Shown: positions 29,619 to 41,887 of the stretch, piece after piece
Position numbering within the stretch: the first letter of the stretch is position 1
Layout: every line of letters begins with the position of its first letter
NCBI GenBank assembly: GCA_951406725.2
Contig: OX597842.1
Span: 10,974,001 to 11,038,000 of the forward strand
Source of the DNA: Octopus vulgaris
Taxonomy: Eukaryota
Direction: 5' to 3'
Length of the DNA: 64,000 bases
Translations under genes and position numbers: made by a program
Notes under the pieces: model-generated
Told to the model about the DNA's origin: nothing
Databases searched by the model: none
The model's input: only the letters and a program-made list of their open reading frames with translations

Positions 29619-29669
<51 letters not shown>

Positions 29670-29670
29670 G

Positions 29671-29714
<44 letters not shown>

Positions 29715-30104
29715 CATATATACGTACTGAGGCGCGCACACACACACACGCATGCGCACACAGAGTTCTTGCTATCGCATCATAAATATTTGATGTAACT
29801 CCACTTCTGTCTGTTGATTAATTACGAATCCTTATCTCCATCCTATTACAGTCAGACCCCCCTTCACACTCTCCCCCCATTCCCCCCTCCTCTCTCTCTC
29901 TCACTCTCTCTCTGTTTCTGTCTGTCCGTGTGTCCCATTGTCTCCCTTATCGGAATTATGTTTTACAATTATTATCTCCGTTAAGGCAACATTAGAGAAT
30001 CGCGGAGATAATCTTGACGCTGTCTCTGGGGGGATGGTCACCTCACCTTTAACCAATTCCCAATCTACTTGTTTGTATGTGTGTGTTTATGTATTCTTTT
30101 TTCT

Positions 30105-30385
30105 GTTTATTTTTAGGTCTGTTACCTGTTTCCGTCATTTGACTGCGGCCATGCTAGAGTTCCACCTTTCGTGGAACAATTCGACCCCAGGACTTATTCT
30201 TTGTAAGCCTAGTACTTATTCTATCGGTCTCTTTTGCCGAATCACTAGGTTACGAGAACGTAAATACACCAACACCGGTTCTCAAACAATGGTGGGGTGA
30301 CAAACACAGACACAGAAATAACACACAAACACACATACACTTATATACATACCAGGGGCTTCCTTCAGTTTCCATCTACCAAATG
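30105..30385 (-). mobile_element. SINE family B, partial and diverged
   Basis: Similarity to family B copies. Confidence 0.75.
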
Positions 30386-30538
30386 CAGTCACAAAACCTA
30401 TATATACATATATGTGCGCACACGTGTGTGTGTACATACATAGAGACATATCTTAATCTATATATTATTATCATTATTATTATTATTATTATTATTGTTA
30501 TTATTATTATTATAGTTATTATTATTATTATCATTATG

Positions 30539-30595
<57 letters not shown>

Positions 30596-30791
30596 GTCAT
30601 TATTTTCAGTCGTGAGATTCGACTTCAGGCGACTAAATATTTCGCAGACTTCGTTGTTCATTACTTATGTCGTGTATACTTATATACATACATGTGTGTG
30701 TATATGAGAGTTTACAAAAAGACAAAAAACGAAGACGGGGGTGTAAACAACAAACAGATGAATTAGTTTAACGCTTGGGGAGTGAGAAAGT

Positions 30792-30828
30792 CTTTTTACA
30801 TTTCGAGCCTACGCTCTTCATCAGAAAG
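30792..30828 (-). ncRNA. Minimal hammerhead motif, stem III mutated
   Basis: Minus strand CTTT-CTGATGA-A-GAGC-GTAG-GCTC-GAAA-TGTA-AAAAG. Confidence 0.6.
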
Positions 30829-30893
30829 GAAAACAGAAATATACAGGGAGAATAATGAATGTGTGTATGTATGTTTGTATGTATGTATATGTA

Positions 30894-31299
30894 TACTCTT
30901 TTACTCTTTTACTTGTTTCAGTCATTTGACTGCGGCCATGCTGGGGCACCACCTTTAATCAAGCAAATCGACCCAGGGTCTTATTCTTTTGCAAGCCCAG
31001 TACTTATTCTATGGGTCCCTTTTGCCGAACCGCTAGGTAACGGGGACATAAATACACCAGCATCGGTTGTCAAGCAATGCTAGGGGGACAAACACAGACA
31101 CACAAACACACACACGCATATATATATATACATATATACGACGGGCTTCTTTCAGTTTCCGTCTACCAAATCCACTCACAAGGCATCGGTCGGCCCGAGG
31201 CTATAGTAGAAGACACTTACCCAAGGTGCCACGCAGTAGGACTGAACCCGGAACCATGTGGTTGGTAAGCTAGCTACTTACCACACAGCCACTCCTGCG
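30894..31299 (-). mobile_element. SINE family B, full length
   Basis: Similarity to family B copies. Confidence 0.9.
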
Positions 31300-31310
31300 T
31301 ATGTATATAT

Positions 31311-31640
31311 AATTATAAAAGATATAATCGTTAAAGATTTTATCAGTGGCCAACATATAAAAAAAGGTGAACTCATATAGAGAGATTTATAAAAGGCATA
31401 CAAGAGACCATGCCTATGTTGAAAATAGACGCTAAATCATCAAACCACTTAAAATTATAACTTTTTTATTGTAATATAATCTAATTTTTATTGTACTATA
31501 ATATAGTTTTATGGTGCTATAAAAAAAGTGGTAATATTAAGTGGTTTGACAATTTAGCGTCTATTTTCAGCATAGCCATGGCGTATTGTATGTTATTAAT
31601 TATAATTGTAATTTACTCTATTGTAAATTTCTCTCTATAT
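31311..31640. mobile_element. Aged fold-back insert (tail 31311-31374, imperfect arms)
   Basis: 31397-31469 pairs with 31519-31592; ATATAGAGAGATTTA (31375) pairs with TAAATTTCTCTCTATAT (to 31640). Confidence 0.7.
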
Positions 31641-31641
31641 A

Positions 31642-32424
31642 TATTTCTTAACTACCCATAAGGGGCTAGACACAGAGAGGACAAACAAGGACAGACAAAC
31701 GGATTAAGTCGATTACATCGACCCCAGTGCGTAACTGGTACTTAATTTATTGACCCCGAAAGGATGAAAGGCAAAGTCGACCTCGGCGGAATTTGAACTC
31801 AGAACGTAGCGACAGACGAAATACCTATTTCTTTACTACCCACAAGGGGCTAAACACAGAGAGGACAAACAAGGACAGACAAACGGATTAAGTCGATTAC
31901 ATCGACCCCAGTGCGTAACTGGTACTTAATTTATTGACCCCGAAAGGATGAAAGGCAAAGTCGACCTCGGGGGAATTTGAACTCAGAACGTAGCGACAGA
32001 CGAAATACCTATTTCTTTACTACCCACAAGGGGCTAAACACAGAGGGGACAAACAAGGACAGACAAACGGATTAAGTCGATTATATCGACCCGAGTGCGT
32101 AACTGGTACTTCTTTAATCGACCCCGAAAGGATGAAAGGCAAAGCTGACCTCGGCGGAATTTGAACTCAGAACGTAGCAGCAGACGAAATACCTATTTCT
32201 TTACTACCCACAAGGGGCTAAACACAGAGGGGACAAACAAGGACAGACAAACGGATTAAGTCGATTATATCGACCCGAGTGCGTAACTGGTACTTCTTTA
32301 ATCGACCCCGAAAGGATGAAAGGCAAAGTCGACCTCTGCGGAATTTGAACTCAGAACGTAGCGGCAGACGAAATACTGCTAAGCGTTTCGCCCGGCGTGC
32401 TAACGTTTCTGCCAGCTCGCCGCC
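31642..32424 (-). mobile_element. SINE family A tandem tetramer, 184 bp period
   Basis: Units start at 31642, 31826, 32010, 32194; only the last carries the tRNA head. Confidence 0.93.
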
Positions 32425-32458
32425 CTCTCTATATATATTCATATACCTGTGTGTGTGT

Positions 32459-32553
<95 letters not shown>

Positions 32554-32584
32554 TGTGTGTGTGTGTGTGTGTGCTGTGTGTGTG

Positions 32585-32935
32585 TTCCAGTGATCCGATC
32601 TATAGAACAGCCTGCTAGTGGAATCAATGTGAAAGTGGCTGAGTACTCCGCAGACACGCGTATCCTTAAAGTATCTCTTAAGGGGATTCAACGTGACACA
32701 GAATGCGACATGTCTGGACTTTTTCAATTTCAGATACAACTCATTTTTGCCAGCTGAATAGGGTTGAAAAGTGGGAAATACAGTGTCGTCCTCTGGGAAT
32801 CGAACTCTCGACCCCAGGACTTATTCTTTGCAAGTTTAGTACTTATTCTATCGGGCTCTTTCACCGAACCGCTATGTTACAGGGACGTCAACACGCCAAC
32901 GTCGGTTGTTAGGTTATGGTAGGGAGACAAACGCA
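32585..32935 (-). mobile_element. Diverged SINE C tail-1 fragment followed by a SINE B fragment
   Basis: 32585-32710 is the reverse complement of 27275-27400; 32805-32935 matches family B. Confidence 0.7.
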
Positions 32936-33010
32936 AACGCACATACATAGACACACGCATATTTATATATATATATATGCATAGACACACACATACATAT
33001 ATATATATGT

Positions 33011-33061
<51 letters not shown>

Positions 33062-33068
33062 AGGTATG

Positions 33069-33153
<85 letters not shown>

Positions 33154-33355
33154 CGTATTATATATATTTCTTCACAGACGTGTGACGAAAGATTTCCGAC
33201 AATGGACAGGCGTTAAAATGATAAAATAACAGTAATAAGCGAGTGAAGAAAAGAAAGAATTTATATATAGATATAGTGCGTGTGTTTATTTCGGGAAAAA
33301 AAAATAATAAAATGACCATCCCGAAATACAACAATATATATATATATATATATAT

Positions 33356-33638
33356 CACATGACCGACCAGACCATCAGACGTTGTTACACATCGCTGGTC
33401 ACAATGCGTTCGCATTGTTTTAGCCTTCGAATGACGCCACCCCGCTGGCTAAGCTAGCAGGCCAACAGAAGAAAGAGTGGTAGAAAGAGTGGTGAATGAG
33501 TACAGCAGGGATCACCACCCCCTGCCGGAGCCGCGTGGGGCTTTTTATGTGTTTTTCGCTCAATAAACACTCACAACGCCCGGTCTGGGAATCGAAACCG
33601 CGAGTCCGCTGCCCTAACCACTGGTCCATTGCGCCTCC
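33356..33638 (-). mobile_element. SINE family C, tail type 2
   Basis: Matches 42604-42898. Confidence 0.88.
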
Positions 33639-33687
33639 ACACACACATATATATATATATATATATACATATCTTTATATTCATCCT

Positions 33688-33893
33688 ACGATGGGTACAC
33701 GAATGGCCCCCTCCTTTGCCAACCTAGTCATAGGATATCTAGAGATCAGTCTGTATCGTAAGGTTCTGGAAAGATATGGCAGCCCTTTCTCCATCTACAT
33801 AGAAAACAACTGGAAGAGATATCTAGATGACTGTTTCATTCTTTGGCATGAAAATATTAAGAAACTCAAAGAATTCCAAGAAATTTTAAACGG

Positions 33894-33894
<1 letters not shown>
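33688..33894 (+). mobile_element. Penelope-like element reverse transcriptase fragment in (TA)n
   Basis: [19 protein letters not shown]...[12 protein letters not shown]...LKEFQEILN, the PLE RT motif 4-5 signature. Confidence 0.85.
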
Positions 33895-33932
<38 letters not shown>

Positions 33933-34054
33933 GAGGCGCAATGACCCAGTGGTTATATATATATATATATATATATACATATATACACACATATATGTAA
34001 ATATATATATATATATATATATATACACTCATACCTATACATATATACATATAC

Positions 34055-34124
<70 letters not shown>

Positions 34125-34126
<2 letters not shown>

Positions 34127-34280
34127 GATACGTTTCTTTCAGTTCCCATCTACCAAATCCACTCTGTACGCTCTGGTCGGCACAAGGCCACAGTAGGAGA
34201 CTCTTACCCAAGGTGCCACGCAGTTGGACTGAACCTGGAACCACGTGGTTGGGAAGCAAAGCTCCTTACCACACAGCCAC
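34125..34280 (-). mobile_element. SINE family B 5' half
   Basis: Similarity to family B copies. Confidence 0.75.
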
Positions 34281-34523
34281 CGGAATATGTGAGCGTTTGA
34301 AAGCTGAATCTTTTAACGCTTCATTGAACACACCAGAAACGCAAAACAGTTAAAACATTGGTGTCGTTTGAAGTGATGGAGCATCTCCACTTTGTTCCCG
34401 ACTAAAAATAGATTTATCTTTCGTTCCGATTACCCTTTGTTGACATTTGAAACGGATAACCAAACAGTTCATATTCGCGTTGTAATGGTCTTCATTTTTT
34501 TTTTTGTTTTTTAAGGAGAAATT

Positions 34524-34965
34524 GCAAGAGTGGCTGTGTGGTAGTCACCAGATATGTTTGCGAAAAGATGGAAGTCTGTAGCATGCAAGCTGGGTATATC
34601 TGGCACCAGGTAAGTGTGGCCGGATCAAAAAGTAAAGGTTCTACTCAAATGGCTGGGATCCGTGCCCTACTGTATAATACCAAATTTTAAAAACTTTATA
34701 TTGTAAATATTATATATATTTTATTGTAATCACCAACGTTTTAAGCTACTACACCCTATATGTTTGTCTGTATTTGTATGTCCCCTCTATGTAACGCCTT
34801 AATGGCAAATCTTTCATGAAATAAAGTAGCTTGCTTACCAACCACATGGTCCCTGGTTCAGTCCCACTGCGTGGCATCTTGGGCAAGTGTCTTCTGCTAT
34901 AGCCACGGGCCGACCAATGCCTTGTGAGTGGATTTGGTAGACGGAAACTGAAAGAAGCCCCTCGT
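34524..34965 (+). mobile_element. SINE family B 5' half split by a LINE-like 3' fragment (34546-34824)
   Basis: GCAAGAGTGGCTGTGTGGTAGT (34524-34545) resumes as AGTAGCTTGCTTACCAACC at 34825. Confidence 0.7.
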
Positions 34966-34970
34966 ATATA

Positions 34971-35008
<38 letters not shown>

Positions 35009-35039
35009 TAAATGAAATAAAACATATGCATATATATAT

Positions 35040-35464
35040 GGCGCAGGAGTGGCTGTGTGGTAAGTAGCTTGCTAACCAACCACGTGGTCCCGGGTTCAGT
35101 CCCACTGCGTGGCATCTTGGGCTAGTGTCTTCTGCTATAGCCCCGGACCGACCAAAGCCTTGTGAGTGGATTTGGTAGACGGAAACTGAAAGAAGCCTGT
35201 CGTATGTATGTATATATGTATGTGTGTGCGTATGTGTTTGTGTGTCTGTGTTTGTCCCCCTAGCATGCTTGACAACCGATGCTGGTGTGTTTACGTCCCC
35301 GTCACTTAGCGGTTCGGCAAAAGTGACTGATAGAATAAGTACTGGGCTTACAAAGAATAAATCCCGGGGTCGATTTGCTCGACTAAAGGCGGTGCTCCAG
35401 CATGGCCGCAGTCAAATGACTGAAACAATTAAAAGAGTAAAAGAGTAAAAGAGTAAGGAGTAAA
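35040..35464 (+). mobile_element. SINE family B, full length
   Basis: Complete head to (AAAGAGT)n tail. Confidence 0.92.
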
Positions 35465-35622
35465 GACTTGCAGAAACATTTGTGAAGTGGATCTTTTCGA
35501 TTTGAACGACAGTTTTTTTCTAGCGGTGTCATATGAAATTGTCACCCATAATTATGACCCTAGTATCGATCTATTGCATTTCAATATGTTTTAGGGTTAG
35601 GGGTGGGGGAAGGGTGTCATTG

Positions 35623-35943
35623 GCTACCTGAAAAAAGTTACGTCAACTTGACTGGAATCTCTTACCACATCCACCATATTGTCCAGACATTGCGTCTCTA
35701 CAGAACTCAGTGCAAGGAAAAAAATTCACTATTTAGATGAATACAAAATGCATCTTGATAACGTTTTTCTTCAAGTCCAGTCAAGTTTTATGCTGATGGA
35801 ATATTTAAGTTGCCTGGTCGATGGGCAAAGGTCGTTTATAATAATGAAAGTTATTTCTTTGAATAAAATTTATTGAAAGGTCAATTATTTGTATCCCCTT
35901 TTGCACATTAAAATCGTTCACAACTTAAGGAACAACCTATTAT
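35623..35943 (+). mobile_element. Mariner transposase remnant with right TIR
   Basis: KKLRQLDWNLLPHPPYCPDIA (YSPDLAP motif variant), FYADGIFKLPGRWAKVV; end CACAACTTAAGGAACAACCTAT-TA. Confidence 0.8.
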
Positions 35944-36084
35944 ATTTATATATGTATGTGTGTGTGTTTGTGTGTGTTTGTGTGTGTGTGTATATACATA
36001 TATGATAATATTTATACACATACATATACGTATATATCTGTATATATATATATACATATTGTTATTTTCTAACATACTGGAGCA

Positions 36085-36147
<63 letters not shown>

Positions 36148-36324
36148 TGTGCATTTACGGGTTTGAGTTAGTTTAACTCTTATCTTTAGCAAAAGCGGTG
36201 CTAGTTCATTACCCTCTATCACCTTTGTGACCTCTATTAATGTTCCCTTTAGGTTCAAATTGCTAATAAACCACCCTTTTTCATTTGTTATATACACATA
36301 TACATACATTTACATATATATATA

Positions 36325-36443
36325 TTGGCCTGCTCGCTTAGCCAGCGGGGTGGCGTCATTTGAAGACTAAAACAATGCGAAAGCATTGTGACCAGCGATG
36401 TGTAACAATATCTGATGGTCTGGTCGGTCCCGTGATCCCGTGA
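36325..36443 (+). mobile_element. Solo SINE C tail-2 fragment
   Basis: Matches 42776-42898. Confidence 0.8.
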
Positions 36444-36474
36444 TATATATATACTTATATAAATATACTTATAT

Positions 36475-36642
36475 AAATTCAACAAAACCTGTTACTCCGA
36501 GTTTCACGTTCCCGGGAACGTGAAACTCAGAGTAACAGGTTTTGTTGAATTTTCTGCTGCTTTAAATAAAGCATATTACTCTACCACTGGTATTTGAGTA
36601 CTCTTTTTCCCACCTTGTTTCACATTTATGTGTTTACTCCGG

Positions 36643-36646
<4 letters not shown>
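36475..36646 (+). mobile_element. Fold-back insert: 78 bp loopless palindrome plus 94 bp tail
   Basis: Axis TTCCC|GGGAA at 36513/36514, one mismatch. Confidence 0.88.
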
Positions 36647-36705
<59 letters not shown>

Positions 36706-36712
<7 letters not shown>

Positions 36713-37139
36713 TCGCCATACTAATATGGCATTCTTATAAAAATAAGAATAAAGCTGTCCGCTTATTAGCTCCATGAGGCCATCGCCTTAAGTTAGCTAT
36801 TTGATACACAAACTGTATGCATATAACCTTCGAACAAGGGAGGTCAGTCGCTCCACACTACTTGATCGACAGCTACAGACGCGTTTCGGGGTATTGCCCC
36901 TTGTCAATGTAGCGTAGTCAGACCAGTAGGTGTCGCTTCCGACTATCTCTGTTCGAAGGTTATATGGATACAGTTTGTGTATCAAATAGCTAACTTAAGG
37001 CGATGGCCTCATGGAGCTAATAAGCGGACAGCTTTATTCTTATTTTTATAAGAATGCCATATTAGTATGGCGATAACTATTAATTTCCAGGAACGCTGCC
37101 GTGTTCTCTTTTAGAGAGACTTAGTAATTTTAATATTTC

Positions 37140-37143
<4 letters not shown>
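36706..37143. mobile_element. Fold-back insert in (TA)n: 131 bp arms, 113 nt spacer with hammerhead, 63 bp tail
   Basis: 36706-36836 pairs with 36950-37080 with one mismatch seen. Confidence 0.9.
36872..36913 (-). ncRNA. Minimal type I hammerhead ribozyme, U3:A8 core variant
   Basis: Minus strand GCTACA-TTGACAA-GGGG-CAATA-CCCC-GAAA-CGC-GTC-TGTAGC. Confidence 0.75.
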
Positions 37144-37187
<44 letters not shown>

Positions 37188-37679
37188 TTTAAAATGATCT
37201 ACTATGATAGGTTGTGAAAAGAGGAAATATATCGTCAAATTTATATTTTATGCCTTGTATCGCCAAGGCCTGAATACTCAACATGGGTTGTTCTCTATGT
37301 ACCACGTTGCAGTCAAGTGTTTTCATTTGGGGTTGGGGGAGGTAAATAGGGAAATAACACAAAAGTTGTTGTTAACAATAAGAGTTCCCAAAAGGGGCGG
37401 AACTGTTACATTAACAAGGTTGATCCATGGATAGAAAAACCTAGGAAAAGGAACCACGGTAACCTCGGAAATGTGGGCCAGGAGTAGCACAAGTTTGATC
37501 ACAGACGGCAAAGTTGCTAGGGATCATGGCAACACTCGCGGAGCCATTCGCCCAGTTCGTTCAAAGAGACGAGCTGCGGGAAAGTGCATCTCACAAATGG
37601 CGACCACTCCCCTTCGACGTCGTCTATAAAACGCTGGAGATGCTTCAATCGCAGCGGACTATATTCGAAGACATTAGCC

Positions 37680-38040
37680 CAAGATTCCACGCAGTGTGAC
37701 GGAACAGGGACTCATGTGGTTGGTAAACAAGCTTCTTACCGCACAGCCACGCCTCCACCAGTATGCATATATATATACATATGTGTGGTGTCGCAATGGC
37801 CCAGTGGTTAGGGCAGCCGACTCGCGGTTGTAGGATCGCGGTTTCGATTCCCAGACCGGGCGTTGTGAGTGTTTATTGAGTGAAAACACCTAAAACTCCA
37901 CGACGCTCCAGCAAGGGATGGTGGTGATCCCTGTTGTACTCTTTCGCCACAACTTTCTCTCATTCTTTCTTCTGTTGGCCTGCTCACTTAGCCAGCGGGG
38001 TGGCATCATTTGAAGGCTAAAACATGGCCGGTCACGGTGA
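37680..38040. mobile_element. SINE B head fragment (minus, 37680-37755) and SINE C tail-2 copy with deletion (plus, 37787-38040)
   Basis: Similarity to other copies. Confidence 0.8.
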
Positions 38041-38057
38041 TGTATATAAACTCAGAT

Positions 38058-38115
<58 letters not shown>

Positions 38116-38119
<4 letters not shown>

Positions 38120-38327
38120 CTTTATTGTCCACAGGAGGCTAAACATTAAGGGGACAAATAAGGACAGACAAAGGGATTACGTCGATTACTTAATTTTCAG
38201 TGCATAACAGGAACTTATTTAATCGACCCCGAAAAGATAAAAGGCAAAGTCGACATCGGCGGAATTTGAACTCAGAACGTAACGGCAGACGAAATACGGC
38301 TACGCATTTCGCCCAGCGAGCTAATGA
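38116..38327 (-). mobile_element. SINE family A, diverged
   Basis: Similarity to family A copies. Confidence 0.82.
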
Positions 38328-38363
38328 TTTGTGTGTGTGTGTGTGTATGTCTGTGTGTGTGTG

Positions 38364-38394
<31 letters not shown>

Positions 38395-38436
38395 GCATAT
38401 GTATATGTATACACATATACATACATATATATGTTT

Positions 38437-38799
38437 TCTATTCTTTCTTTTATTCTTTTACTTGTTTCAGTCATTTGACTGCCGCCATGCTGGAGCACCG
38501 CCTTTAGTGGAGCAAATCGATCCCAGGACTTTTTTGCCTAACCGCTAAGTTATGGGGACGTAAACACATCAGGATCGGTTGTCAAGTGATGTTGGGTGTG
38601 GGACAAACACACACACGCATACATATACACATATACGACGGGCTTCTTTCAGTTTCCGTCTACCAAATCCACTCACAAGGATTTGGCCCGCCCGAGACTA
38701 TAGTAAAAGACACTTACCCAAGGTGCCACGCTGTGGAACTGAACCCGAAAACATGTGCTTGGTAAGCAAGCTACTTACCACACAACCACTCATGCGCCT
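38437..38799 (-). mobile_element. SINE family B with internal deletion
   Basis: Similarity to family B copies. Confidence 0.85.
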
Positions 38800-38823
38800 A
38801 TACATGTATACATGTATATCCAA

Positions 38824-38895
<72 letters not shown>

Positions 38896-39271
38896 ATATG
38901 CAAATATGTATATATATATATAACACACATATATATATATATATTCCTATTATATGCATGTATGTAGAAAAAACAAACGCCGCTATATAACGTGTTTTCG
39001 CGATACGTGAAAGGCAGAGGTTAAGCAGAACACTATTTAATATAGAAATTGCTCTACCTAATAATACCTCAAAGAACAGAGAATCAATTATTATAGAAAT
39101 ATAACAATGCTTGAACAAGCGTTTTAATATTAACCCCTGGCGAGAGTATTAGCGCTTGCATCGACTGCCGGAGCGTACGGCCGGGTAATATAAACTTTTA
39201 ACACTAACACAATATAGGTATATATATACATATAGACATATATACATAGGTATAGCTATGTGTATATACAC

Positions 39272-39307
<36 letters not shown>

Positions 39308-39552
39308 ATACATATATGTGTATGTAATATGGACATACAATAGCGCAAACGTGCGCATGCGTACACATGTGTGTGTCTGTGTGTGTGTGTTTGAAAGATA
39401 TAATTATACACATATATAGGTGCATATATCTGTACTTTTGCATTATTTATACCGTAAATTACTATTATATTACACGAATTTATACACAGAAACACAACAC
39501 ACATGCCTATATATATGTGTGGATATATATATATATATATATATATATATGG

Positions 39553-39583
<31 letters not shown>

Positions 39584-39739
39584 CACACGTACATATATAT
39601 ACATATATATATATATATGTATGTGAGTATATATATATGTATATATATATATGTATATAGATAGATAGATAGATAGATAGATAGATTGATAGATAGATAG
39701 ATAGATATATACACACGTACATATATATATATATATATA

Positions 39740-39794
<55 letters not shown>

Positions 39795-39875
39795 GGACAT
39801 ACACATGTATATATGTACTCTATGTGTATGTATATATATATGTATATGAAATCATAAGTGCCATTATTATTATCA

Positions 39876-39909
<34 letters not shown>

Positions 39910-40236
39910 CATCATTATTGCGGTTATTCTCGAACGAGAGGCAATTTCGATGTTTTTATTACAGTCAACGAAATTGATACCCTTACACCCATAAATTCAA
40001 CACGAAACATGAACCGGTTTTGGAAGATTATAGACGTTAGTGTATACATATATATAAATACCCCACACACACACACACGCACACACGTACATACGTACAC
40101 ACACATGCACGCGCGTATATATAAACATAAAGAAATATATTCACAAATATATATACATATGGGCATATATATATATATATATATATATCCTTAGATATAT
40201 AATACATATACATATATGTATGTAGAGATATTTACG

Positions 40237-40271
<35 letters not shown>

Positions 40272-40343
40272 ATGCATGTGTATTTTTATATACATATATA
40301 TATATATATATGTATATATATCTCTGGATGATATATACATATA

Positions 40344-40380
<37 letters not shown>

Positions 40381-40985
40381 AATTTATATCCATATTTATT
40401 CTTATATGTAGAAACACACATATGTGTATGTATATGTATACATATATATATGTCTGTATATATATATATATGTATGTATATATATATATATATATACATA
40501 ATCATATATGTGTGTGTGTGCGTGTATGAGTGTTTGTGTGTGTGTACGCGTGTGTATACGCACGAGACAATTCAGATGTTTAACAAATGTTATCTGATAT
40601 CAAAGTACAGACAATAACTACAACACCAAAACACATAAACACACCCACATATATGTATATATATATATATACACATATATATACATACAAGTGCATAGAA
40701 ATTGCTGTACAGCCATCTCAAATAACAACAGGCAAAGGAAACAAGAACTTGCCCCCCCTCCCCGTCTGATATCATTTTCTCCGAACGAAACTCAATTACA
40801 TTTATGAGGAGATACGACATCCAACAAGCTACCATTCTGATATCTCGCAATTAATCGCTGCCGCCATGATAAATATATATATCATATATTTATGAGGTGA
40901 TATCCAACTGATCGCGCCCAATACATAATATTACGCTAGCATCGGTCTACAAGATTACGATGCTCCTGTCTTTAGTACATATGAA

Positions 40986-41039
<54 letters not shown>

Positions 41040-41083
41040 TGTCTATATGGATATATGGATATTAATATATATATATATATATG

Positions 41084-41129
<46 letters not shown>

Positions 41130-41422
41130 TATTTATATGTATGTATTTGTGTGTATATGTACTTGTGTCTTTGTTCTAGATGAACCGACGTATATATATC
41201 TATGTGCGTGTGTAATATTTTGTGTATCATGAGTGCATTTAAGTATGTATGTTTGAAGACATGGTGTGCGGATGCCTATATGTGTGTATATATAAGAATA
41301 TGTGTGTATGTGTGTGTGTATAAGCATATATATACATATATATATTTATGTAAATGGGCAAACTGAAGTATGTATCGGTACGTGAATATTTCACTATAGC
41401 TGTATTAAGAGTGCATCAATAA

Positions 41423-41472
<50 letters not shown>

Positions 41473-41473
<1 letters not shown>

Positions 41474-41880
41474 GGTGCAGGAGTGGCTGTGTGGTAAGAA
41501 GCTTGCTAACCAACCACGTGGTTCCGGGTTCAGTCACACTGCGTGGCATCTTGGGCAAGTGTCTTCTGCTATAGCCCCGGGCCGACCAATGCCTTGTGAG
41601 TGGATTTGGTAGACGGAAACTGAAAGAAGCCTGTCGTACGTATATATATGTATATGTATGTGTATGTGTTTGTGTGTGTGTGTTTGTCCCCCTAGCATTG
41701 CTTGACAATAGATGCTGGTGTGTTTACGTCCTCGTCACTTAACGGTTCGGCAAAAGAGACCGATAGGATAAGTACTGGGCTTACAAAGAATAAGTCCCGG
41801 GGTCGATTTCCTCGATTAAAAGGCGGTGCTCCAGCATGGCCGCAGTCAAATGACTGAAACGAGTAAAATAGTAAAAAAAA
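41473..41880 (+). mobile_element. SINE family B, full length
   Basis: Similarity to family B copies. Confidence 0.9.
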
Positions 41881-41887
41881 TGTGTGT

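Noticed and set aside
31642-32424. CRISPR-like or satellite array
   Set aside because: No unique spacers; units are SINE bodies
34516-34615. Apparent exon with pyrimidine tract, AG acceptor and CAG|GTAAGT donor, Cys-rich frame
   Set aside because: Sequence is better explained as a SINE B head joined to a LINE-like 3' fragment
35590-35605. TTAGGGTTAGGG telomere-like motif
   Set aside because: Only two units inside an interspersed sequence; not a telomeric array
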